This document shows positions 38,051 to 64,000 of a stretch of DNA of 64,000 nt, piece by piece. A program made the translations under genes and the position numbers. Source of the stretch: Antedon mediterranea (lineage: Eukaryota; Animalia; Echinodermata); NCBI RefSeq assembly GCF_964355755.1, contig NC_092675.1, positions 30,786,912 through 30,850,911 on the forward strand, in the 5' to 3' direction. The first letter of the stretch is position 1; each line of letters starts with the position of its first letter. Under the pieces are notes generated by a model. That model searched no databases and had not been told where the DNA came from. It worked only from the letters and a program-made list of their open reading frames with translations.

Positions 38051-38292
38051 TTAAGAAAAGTAGACTACATAGAAGAAGGCAGGGAACATTTAAATAGAAG
38101 GCAGGGAACATTTAAATAGAAGGCAGGGAACATTTAAATTAACATTAAGAAAAGTAGACTACATAGAAGAAGGCAGGGAACATTTAAATAGAAGGCAGGG
38201 AACATTTAAATTAACATTAAGAAAAGTAGACTACATAGAAGAAGGCAGGGAACATTTAAATAGAAGGCAGGGAACATTTAAATTAACATTAA
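38051..38292. repeat. Composite tandem repeat (22-bp subunit inside a ~72-bp unit)
   Basis: agaaggcagggaacatttaaat x7, interleaved with ttaagaaaagtagactacat x3. Confidence 0.9.
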
Positions 38293-38580
38293 CTGCTGAT
38301 AAATATTTTGGCACATGGCGTTTCATACGTATACTACTTGAGCTCGAAACACCGGCCCAATTTCAAGTTTAGACAAACATCGAAAATCCTCCAACTACGG
38401 ACTTGGGGCAAGTCTAATTATGTACAGTATAACAATATTATCTTAAAATAGGTACTAAAATAGACTCATTTATAAAATAAAAAATATATTTTAAGTACTT
38501 GTAGTCCGAACTAACTAAAAGTCTAATGTAAAATCAGCTATATTTACAGTAATGACATAATTTGGATTCCTTCTGCTTGC

Positions 38581-39468
38581 TTACTCGCCGCATTCAAATT
38601 GAAGTTGTATGTTGGTCACGGCTGGATTAATGTTGGACACTGCAATTTGTGGAGTATATTTTTCAACCCATTTGATAAGGTCATTTTTAGATAACAATGT
38701 AGTATCAACTAATTCATTGTTTTCGTTTTCTGAGAAAAAAGTTGTATTTTTAAGAGCGACTAACTTTCCTTGTGCTTTGTGCACCATGCGGATATCATTT
38801 AGGAACCACCCTGAGTGTGCGTTTCTTACTGTATACACCTTCCTCATTGCTTCTGAAAAATAATCCAACTCTCGCGGTTCAAGAGTCATTTCAAGAAAAA
38901 CAAACCAATTGCGTTCTTTAGTGATTTCTTTTTGTAATACTGGTCTAAATTTTGCAATCGTTTGGATTCTTTGTATAACTCCATTTTTGCGTACAAACTG
39001 ATAACGTATAAAGCCTTGATGGTATATCTGAGATTTCTCATCAAACTGCATTGATATAGGTTGCTCTATCAGATAACCACACCCAACATCGACGTAATAG
39101 GAATCTCCAGGCTTAATCAATTCCTTTACAAGAACAGCGACATGATTACCAGGGAATCGGATGTCACAGGCTATAAAGTGAACTTGGTAACCAAGGGATT
39201 CCAGAAGATACTTCATAAAAACGTTATGGTGAAAGCAGAGACCTCCGACTGTGGAGTAGATGTCCTTTTGAATTTCATCGAGCGTTGGACAATGTCGTTC
39301 TTCATGTTTCGTGGCCAAGAGTGTCAGGTTCTGGAACGGCTCGGTGTGCACATACTTCTTTGTGATGCTGCATAGCAACGCATATTGATCTTTTTTGAAT
39401 TTCTCTTCTACATCTTCTATTTTCAGCACACTCCTTACAAAGTCAATGGCATCATCTTTTGTCAGCAT
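38581..39468 (-). CDS. Arylamine N-acetyltransferase family protein (295 aa, intronless CDS)
   Basis: PFQNL, GGLCFHHN (catalytic Cys), LGY, NHVAVLV (His) and YYVDVGCG (Asp). A splice acceptor lies just upstream of the ATG. Confidence 0.93.
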   Translation of the reverse strand: MLTKDDAIDFVRSVLKIEDVEEKFKKDQYALLCSITKKYVHTEPFQNLTLLATKHEERHCPTLDEIQKDIYSTVGGLCFHHNVFMKYLLESLGYQVHFIACDIRFPGNHVAVLVKELIKPGDSYYVDVGCGYLIEQPISMQFDEKSQIYHQGFIRYQFVRKNGVIQRIQTIAKFRPVLQKEITKERNWFVFLEMTLEPRELDYFSEAMRKVYTVRNAHSGWFLNDIRMVHKAQGKLVALKNTTFFSENENNELVDTTLLSKNDLIKWVEKYTPQIAVSNINPAVTNIQLQFECGE

Positions 39469-40602
39469 CTTGATTCTAGAAAAATAATGAATACATTTTT
39501 AAGACCGCAATAAATGACCACATATGTTTAGACAGACTGCAATAAATGACCACATGTTTTCCAGATGGATATGGAAGGTTGTTGGTAATCACCATTCTAT
39601 TCTCACTCTTTCTTTTAAAAAACTGCAGAACTATCCTCATCCGATCCTCATCGTCACAAAACACAGATACAGCACTATTTCCGGAGGGCAATCGGTTTAG
39701 TAGATAAAACATTGCATTAATATAATAACATAGACTATGGAAAAATGGAATAAACTTATTAGTGAGCTTTATTACCCGGTAGTATTAAATTTTAAACGTT
39801 GAGAGTAAACTGAAATAAAAATATTTTAAATGATTGAAAATGTGATTAAATATTATAGCCCCTAATTTTAGTTGAGTATCATTGATATACAGTATAGTTT
39901 TTATTCATACCTCATTGAGTCAATCAAGTCATATCATAGACCTATAAATTATATTTTATTATTATTTATATTATAAATTATAATTTATGGATCCATGATT
40001 TATCAAATAAATCAGTCAATCAATCTGAATCAATTGATCAATCATCAAAATAATATGGATGCATGGTCAAACAAATTATAATTTATATCCTATATTCACT
40101 TCTTACACATTTGCAGTGTGATATTTTAACATTAATTAAACTCAAATATTACAGTATCAATGCCACAAATAATAATTTAAAAACATGTTTTTAGATAGTA
40201 TTAGTAGACCTACATTGTAATCTAGAAAATGCAAAATACAGTATCTCTTCTTTTTTTTCTATCTTGTGTGCAAAATGTCTGCTGTCCTCAAGCGATGTGG
40301 TCTACAAGCCGCACACTAAGGTATTGCCAGTAAAGCCATAATAGAGAATAGAAGGTTTTAACCGTATATTTATTCATTTTGCTAAAATTGTAATATTACT
40401 GTAATACTATTAACATAGAAACTTTATAAATAAAATCAATAACAAATTGTTTTCTTTTCAAATATAACAAAATATAAAGCATGTTTAACATTTCTCTGGC
40501 AACGGGCACAAAGATTTTAGCAGAAGTAAGTGTGACACGGTGATTTACTGATTTCACAACACACATGTTGACAAATGTTACAGATTTAAAATACATTACA
40601 AA

Positions 40603-46271
<5,669 letters not shown>

Positions 46272-46982
46272 TCAACTAAGCTTGTGATTTCGCAATTGAC
46301 TGTTAAAATTATCAAAATGGTGATTATTACATACCAGTACCAACCATGTAAAATTATTTTAGAACACCATCAGTTGGGATTTCATTGGATAGAACAGAAG
46401 AGTTGAAATTATGTACTTACCAAATATATAGCATTAATGATCAAATGCTGTATGGTTGAATTGGTAAGGCAAAATGACATCGCGGTATATGAATTTCTTG
46501 TGCAAATTCAAAGCAACAAAAATATTTCATCACCAACCAGACTGTTTGATTACTAATATGTTCTTCCACTAATTGCAGTATGCCACAGTTTTTAGAATTG
46601 AAACAAATGACAGAAGTTTATTGATACTTTTAAATGAACTGTTTTAATAACAACAACACACCATTAACAAGCAGAAAAGAAGAAAGAACGTTGAGGTTTA
46701 TGTTTATTAATAGCTTCATTAATAATTACAAACTCAGAAGAAAGTGAGGAAAGTGGTGTATGCCAAATTATTTTGTCATCTTCAGTTCAAAATGTAGAAT
46801 CACAAATGACTTATTTCACTTTCTTAATATTATATTTTAAACATGTAGTTTATTTTTATTTTCTTTCAACTTAATATTGAATGTTGAAAGATGAATAAAA
46901 GAATGAAAGAAATGAAAAATTGTCTTTGTTTTGTTCAAGCACCTCAATAAATTAACAATAGAATAAAAATGATCAATGGTCG

Positions 46983-47100
46983 AATTAAGTACTGGAACTG
47001 GATTAAGTACTGGATCTGGATTAAGTACTGGATCTGAATTAAGTACTGGATTAAGTACTGGATCAGGATTAAGTACTGGATTAAGTACTGGATCTGGTAC
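46983..47100. repeat. 12/18-bp tandem repeat
   Basis: ggattaagtact(ggatct) units, ~7 copies. Confidence 0.9.
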
Positions 47101-47136
47101 AAGATCTTTTGCCAAGGGGTTCATATTGTTCACTAT

Positions 47137-47260
47137 AATATGAAAAAGATTTATAAGAAAAAGATTAATATGAAAAAGATTAATAAAAAAAAGATTAATA
47201 TGAAAAAGATTGATAAGGAAAAGATTAATAAGATAAAGTTTAATAAGAAAAAGATTAATA
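47137..47260. repeat. Degenerate AT-rich ~15-bp tandem repeat
   Basis: aaaagattaata(tg/ag)a units. Confidence 0.75.
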
Positions 47261-47868
47261 ATCTTTGATATAGAATTTTATATAAATATCTCTGGTGCTT
47301 TGGGTTCCTAAATGTTGGTACCAGGGTTTCCTCAATAAGTAACACTGAACTGATTACCAGTAGCCACCACATTAACCGATTTGTAATGGTATTCATTTAA
47401 GATAGAAGTTTGTTATCATATTGGTCCTGAGCCGCCTGTGAATGATGATGTATGTGATCTGGACCTATATTATAATACTATAAGAATGTGAAAGGGTCTA
47501 CAGAGGAGTAGCTGTGAGACCTTTTCCTAGCTGAGTCCTGTATATACCTTTCTAAATTGAGGAGGTACAGTAATGCTATTATTTTGCTTTATTAACCCCT
47601 TCCATTAGTTCCATTCTTCTTCATAATTTTTCGAATAGAGAATGTGATTCAGTAAGTTAAATTAATTATCATTTAATGTTCTGTGTTCCTAAATCATCAA
47701 GTAAATTGACTTGCTATCTGTATATAATTCTTTACGTTCAACCATTCTTGAGTAATGTGCGACGTTTTGACTTGTAATGCTTCTAGAAATTCACATTCAT
47801 TCACAAATAATTATCACATTTGTGGATGTTTTTAGGTTCTATAAGAGAACAGTTTACCCAATGTTTCA

Positions 47869-48005
47869 CGCTCTGTCTATTAAACCAGTTTGACAAAAAA
47901 AGGTGTGATGTGCCCAAATATGGTAGAGGATGGTTAAATAATGGTAGTGATATGACATCATCATGTCCATATATGGGCATTTCACATTTTTCACATCAAG
48001 TTTAG
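47869..48005. mobile_element. MITE family A, decayed copy
   Basis: Shared core gtgatgtgcccaaatatggtag...acatcatcatgtccatatatggg. Confidence 0.75.
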
Positions 48006-51000
48006 TGGGATTGAGTACATATAGTAAACTTCCCTTCATATCCTGGGGAGTTGCACTTGGGTCATGTTATTCTGTTTTGTCAGCTAAAATTAAATTTTAA
48101 ATAAATACAATTTTATATCATTTTTTGTTATACTATATTATGTTACTCCCTCATTTGAAAATACACTGGATCCAACGTTGTTGGCCCAAACACTGGATCC
48201 AACGCTGTTGGCGCAAATGTTTGTGTATATTGATACAACAATTGTACAACTGAATAAAAAGACTCGCAGACATTATTTTGTAAAGATAAAAAAACGTACA
48301 TGGGTACTTGAATTTATTGTTTCCCTCTAGGCTACAACGGGAAGCACTACAACATAGGGTTTGTTGTTATTGGGTTTAATACGCTACTACAATTTGTAAA
48401 CAAGTTTCACAGAAAGACAATACACAATAACAAAAAAAATACAACCATTACATTATTGTGCTAATTTGATTTGGGGAAAGTAGGGGAGAGGTCTTGCTCT
48501 GAATTTAGACTAAAACCAATCTACAATAATTAAACACCCAAAAATGATTGATGATTGGTATGTACAGCTATGGTACACATTCGCTCAATGTAACATAAAA
48601 TGCTCTCTAGATGACTAGACTGGAATCATTAGACCACCGAGCTTGATAGTCCAAGTCTGTAGTAGGTACAGCAAATTATAATGATAGTGTAAGATGTTTC
48701 TTTTACTATTGACTACTTACAACACTAGTATCACCAGCAGCCTATTTCATATAAGAAAAAACCATTCAAAAATAATATTTTTAGTTTTTAGTATAGTAAT
48801 GAATTTTAGTGTACAGTTGTATGGTGAAAAACCATGTGCCAATATTATAAAAGCAATGCAAATCTAGTTTAACCATTGAATTGATTTATCTACATAATTG
48901 TATAACCTATTCACAATCCCTTTAAAACATGTTACACAATTAAACCCAATCTGTTAACATAAAGAAAATAAATATATTATACAGGTAGTTCAGAAGAGAA
49001 TGCAAATGTGCCATCAACTAGGTGCATTTAGATTCCCTCTAAACTCTGGTTTAAACCCCCTGCCCTCTTCACAACCCCAATCCTCCTGAGTAACAAGGTG
49101 AAAACAATTAAAGTGAAAACACCTCACGACCAGTAATGCTGGCAATAGAATCATATCTTTATATACATCATTAGACTAATTCCATTGTACATAGATGAGA
49201 TTAAAGAATATTAATTAGAAGAATAGATCATTGCAAATTATTAAAAAATTCTTAATTTTCTTTGGATGAACAACTGAAAGCAAAATGTACGTTAAAAAAT
49301 TACTGGCAAACGTCTATTACTATGCAATGCAACCAGCTAAACAATACTAAAGCAGAAAGTGCACTACTTGGGAAACCTGGTTGTTGGCAGATCACAAAAC
49401 TTTGATTCAAAAGATTGTAAAATTAAAAAAAACACTACAATTGTCGCAATAATGTGGATAAAAAGTGTTTACTTCTTTCAGTGCATTTTAATGAAACACT
49501 TTCAATTTGCTCTATCTACAAATTTTATTTACAGTCCTACTACTTATAGAAAACAGTTATCTATCGAAAATCTATTATGTACAAAGGTTACACTAGTCAG
49601 ACTGTTTAAATACAAAGACAATAGTTACAGTCTTAAAACATACAGTTAAAAACACACAAAGTGTAATGTAAAAATATCGGTGCTGAGCTGGAGAAACATT
49701 ATCTTTATGGAGATTTTTAATTTTGAAAGAACAATTGAAAAATAAAAGACAAGTAAAGGGGTAAAGTGGTTATGATAACTAAACTGGAATAGACGTATCA
49801 TAAACCATTCATTCTAACTAGAAACATAGCTTCTATCTATTTCTCCGTTTTAACAACAAACTGATTTTTGATGCATTTGTTTTATCATAGCACCGGTTGC
49901 CTTTTGAGAAGCAAATACTGTTATAACTTTCAACATTCTTTGGAAAAATTTTGTTGATCAATAAATATTAATGTTTAAAATACCGCTGTTATTACTAAAA
50001 AGTCCATGTATACAATTAAACGAGATCAGCATTGCGTTAACAGATTACAACATAATTTTAACCAAGATTTCTTTTATGATTAAAAGCTACATAAAATATG
50101 AACTATAATACATTATCATAAAGTTATGAACATTTCAAAAATAAAACTTTGTTTTACATAAGAGAACATTATGCATACCTGATTATTATTTAAGCATGGA
50201 CTTATAAGTCCATGGTTTAAGAGTGCATTGTTGACTACTTTCTAATTACTGGGTCAAAGTTGATGGTATCCTGGCGACAGATTAGCTTTGTCAACGCTAA
50301 ACGTACATCATTTCAACTGGCTTAGTATACATTGAGATTTACAAATGTTTGCAAAAATAAAATATGTTAAAAATTGAAGATTGTACCTAATTCTACATAA
50401 AATAACCATTTGAGTTCAAATCTAGGAGCAGAAGCAGACAATTGAATTACTGTATAAAAGAAAATATATGTTGGGAAACATTACATTGTGCACCATCATG
50501 TTTACAGTGAATACTCATTTGTGGGTTTTCATGCTTTATATATAAATACTCTCTTTCAGTTCACTAAAATATAGTGACAGCTTTTTACGAAATGTAAAAT
50601 ATCTAAGCCTTAAAACATGTCAAAGGTCATGTAACTACCACTGGTCGTAAATAAAAGAAAGCTAACAACATTTGGGAAAGGATAGGTTGACAAAATGTAT
50701 TAAACTCTATGTTAATAATAAGCTTAGCTTTCACATAAATAACTTAATCATTTGGTTACTACATTTAACCATTGGCACTAATCAGCCACTATACACACCC
50801 CACTACAAAGCTATGTCTGCAGCATTATTAACTGATAAAATTATTATTACCTTTATATATTATCATCCATCACCATACCTCTTTACAATAAACATAGTAT
50901 AAACCAAAATGCCTGCAAAAACTCACTATAAGTGGTGGTAGTACACCAATATGTGTTTGTACACATTATGCATGTTGAGTATTACTGTTTTCAGATGTTA

Positions 51001-51798
51001 TTAGCAACCAAATTGTCATTAAACACTCAAATAATTTAAGCTGTTTAATTGTCGTCAGAGGTACACTTATTGTCTGACATTATTAATGTACTTTATACAC
51101 CCAATACCATAATCTGTCTCTTCTGCTAGCAATACCCATAATGCATGGTCGCATGCTATCACTACCCATAATGCTTGGTTACATTATCTGTACACATGTT
51201 CACGATAATTTCAATTTTATCATGATCAATAAATAAACTCTATTTTTCCTGCAGATACACTTTTTGGATACATTAAACATTTGGTTCATACAAGTTACAT
51301 AGATTATTGCAGTTTTACTCCACTTTGTATTTTTTTTAAACTGGTTTATATTATGCCAAACTTGAATTTTTATTTACAATCCTCCTCCAATACATTTACT
51401 TTAATTAAAATATAGTTGACTCAAAGTATAAACCATTTCACTGTTTGTTGTTAATGCTAAATAACCACCCCACCAAATGCCCTTCAAATTAATCAAATAC
51501 TTAGGGAGATTCAGAATAATCTGAGCCTGTTGTTAATATACAGTAGTTTGTGCATTATTAATCCACAAATTCTGATTTCTACTTTGGATCCTAGAAAAAG
51601 AGCGACATAACGCCTTTGGCAAGGTTTCCATACATGTTTATATATATATATATTCATTTATATATTTTCAATTTATATATTAAAAAAGAAATCATGCCAT
51701 AGTTGGCCGACGACGAAGACAGTACGCAAACAGTAGCAAAATACACAATTCAGTCTCTGCACTTTGTAAATAAATAAATGAATGATTGCATCACGTAA

Positions 51799-61564
<9,766 letters not shown>

Positions 61565-62039
61565 TCTTGCAAACTATTATGGGATACCAATTTACTGTAA
61601 AAATAACCCGTATGGGAATTCCCTTCAAAGGGGTCACTAGTTGAAAGTAGGATTCTGATTGGTTACTTATTATGTTTTTAACAAAACCGATTTAATAAAT
61701 CTATATTTTTAAATATAAAAACAAAATAAGTATTTATATAATATTTTTACATATAAAACATTTTTAAGTCATCAATTATGTTAAAATATTATATAATTAT
61801 ACAGTTTTATACGGTTTACTATATCAAAGTAAGCCGAATAGGAGGGAAACCCCTTCTGAAACAACCAATCAAATCATGGGTTTTAAAAAGGTGTTCAAAA
61901 TCGTCTCATGGCAACATTCAACAAAAAATATCTCAAGAGTGACACGAGAAATCAAATTGCCTTATCTTTAAACTCATCTTTTAAATATGTTGTGGTATTG
62001 GTAATACATTTTTTTTAAACAATTGTCAATTTATTTGCC
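61565..62039. promoter_or_regulatory. Bidirectional MIER / WDR78 promoter with an RFX X-box-like site
   Basis: gtctcatggcaac at 61903-61915; oppositely oriented CCAAT boxes at 61658 and 61865; kappaB-like GGGAATTCCC at 61614 and GGGAAACCCC at 61844. Confidence 0.65.
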
Positions 62040-63856
62040 ATGTCGATTGAAAAATCAAAAACAGGGTAAGTTTATATTTGCATTTTTAGATTACTTCAGC
62101 CACGAACGAGGCAGGCCTCCTCATTATTATAATAGTCTACTTCATCTTCTATCTAGGCCTAGGCTAGCGCCTAGCTACTAGGCCTAGCTAGAGTAGGCCA
62201 GCGGAATGCAGTCCTAGGCGTAGTAGCTATGCAGGCCTAGGCGTAGTAGCTAGATAGATAAGCCTAGAACTAGGCTAGCTTTGGTTGTGCTGGGACCGGC
62301 TGGCTGGCTGGGTGGGTGCGTCCGTGTGTGATAGGCTAATTTTCTAAAACTTTTCGAAACAGAATAAAAATTATATTTAAAAAAATTCAGAAAATGATTT
62401 GCAAAAAAATCATAAATCAGTAAATGGATTGAATTTATTACGTTTTTATATAATTTCTCACATTAAAAAAAAAAATTTTCATTTATGGATTTGCGCATAT
62501 CACACATTATTATTATTAAACCACACCAAAGTAATAAACAACAGATGGTCAGTTATGTATTGTGTTTAGAGACCAGAATGTTGACAGTGTAACGACAAGT
62601 GGCGGTCAGTGGCTATGTGATGAGGAGAATCTACCTTCTGTTTCATCAAACATCATTTGGCCAAATTAGTATCACATTACCTTTTATTTTTTAAATTATA
62701 TTTTAAATGACAAAAAATGAATTTCCACTGACTAACATTTTCTATTCCTTTTAAATTTGATTATAGAAATATGTTGAAGGTACATTCGCATTCAACTATT
62801 AACCGTAGCAAGGTAGCTTCAATGAGTCAAAGTAGATTGGGTGGAGGTCATAAAACACAGATAAACGCATCCAGAGCTACATTGTCGTCTAGTCGTCGTA
62901 GCAACACTGCATTGGAAAGTAATGCTGATAGTAAAATTCCTGCAAACAAGTCTCTAAATGTTCAAGTAGGTTTATTTCATTTTTTTACAATTTCAGGAAA
63001 GTTTTTAGATGTTATTATTTTTAAACTATGTTTATGACACATGTTGCCTATTTAGTAAAAAATATTTGATACAACACATACCCCTCCTTTCAGGGCAGGC
63101 ATTTCCCAGGGTAATTTACAAGATTTATGCATGCTTGCCATCTTCTAACTGTACAGACTTGTTAAAATCCATCTGTTTAAAAATGTAATATTTTTTAAAT
63201 TTACGTTTTGTTGTAGGTGTTTGATGATGTTGGCAATGATGTAACTCCTCAGCCATTACTCATAGTTGATCCAAATACTCTTAAACAAAATCAAAGTAAA
63301 CTTTTTGGAAGTACACATGGAGCAGAATCAGGTGGTGGAACCGTTAGTACAGTACTTAATTTTAAATTAATAATATAGTAAATATATTGTGGTATGCAAT
63401 AATTGGTTGTAAGCTTTTAAGACATACATAGTCAGAAATAAAACCCCACAATGTTTTGATTTCTGATTTGGTGTTTTAACTAAAAATGTATTGCATATGA
63501 TTGGAAAAGAAGGAATAGTGACAATTTTGGCAACATTCAACAAAAAAATATGTCAAGAGTGACATGAGAAATTTAATTTAAATTATATTTAAACTTGACA
63601 TTCTGCTATGTGATTACATAATACAACTCTACCTAGTATGTATGTTTTCTTATGTTCCTTTTCATATTCTTATAGCCCACAGACCTAATGTCACAAAACT
63701 CCATCTATCAGACCGGCACCACAAGCTTCGCAGCACCCTTCAGACGGTCAATTTTTGGCACCAGTATCACCCAGTCAGGGAGGTCAACACCGGAATCATT
63801 TACTGATGTCATCATCGACTCACATGAAGGACCAGATATTGTTACAGGGCTTGGAG
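62040..63856 (+). CDS. WDR78: 5' exons of WD repeat protein 78 / axonemal dynein intermediate chain 4 (continues beyond the window)
   Basis: Exons 62040-62065, 62767-62965, 63217-63342 and 63676-63856 splice in frame. VQVFDDVGNDVTPQPL matches the recalled WDR78/DNAI4 N-terminal motif; head-to-head with MIER as in human; X-box-like site upstream. The WD40 region is not in the window. Confidence 0.75.
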
Positions 63857-64000
63857 GTATAATCACATTTGTTATTCATATTATTTATTTTTAAAATTTT
63901 ATTTTTATTTCACCTTATTTATAGAGAGTGACCCTAAACAGCGTATGCTGACAATCAAGGGGGCCTCTTGATGAGTTATGATAAGTAATATAGCATAGAA

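Noticed and set aside
38581-39468. Horizontal transfer of a bacterial NAT gene
   Set aside because: Intronless NAT coding regions are normal in animals, base composition matches the host, and a splice acceptor precedes the ATG. Only a phylogeny could support transfer.
40275-40326. Alternative mitochondrial-targeting first exon for DIMT1 (MSAVLKRCGLQAAH)
   Set aside because: An in-frame TAA precedes the putative donor; no supporting evidence.
46837-47396. PVLN-repeat and hydrophobic ORFs
   Set aside because: Translations of simple tandem repeats.
48010-51798. Hidden gene in the long AT-rich stretch downstream of MIER
   Set aside because: No credible exons or ORFs; probably MIER 3' UTR and intergenic DNA.

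Overview
AT-rich, intron-rich animal genomic DNA. It is probably an invertebrate deuterostome such as an echinoderm (inferred from a Deu-domain SINE, vertebrate-like gene neighbours and TAGGCCTA-rich first introns). Nine protein-coding genes were reconstructed by eye: two tail-to-tail MFSD1-like paralogues, RCL1, calreticulin, Disabled (Dab), an arylamine N-acetyltransferase, DIMT1, MIER and the 5' part of WDR78/DNAI4, mostly in head-to-head pairs. The introns hold an intact-ORF CR1/L2-group LINE, a MULE-like foldback element, a CAGGG-ended element with a 5-bp TSD containing a nested L1/Tx1 fragment, a degenerate Sola2-like transposon with ~0.95-kb TIRs, a Deu-SINE and many Harbinger-like MITEs. 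Three signals stand out. (1) A 22 x 55-bp tandem array in a DIMT1 intron whose antisense unit is a Penelope-type minimal hammerhead ribozyme motif. (2) Four copies of a SNORD2/snR39B-like C/D snoRNA shared between the convergent genes RCL1 and calreticulin, one visibly moved by local DNA duplication. (3) The MIER-WDR78 head-to-head pair, also seen in human. All exon coordinates were read manually and may be off by a few bases; no database searches were run.
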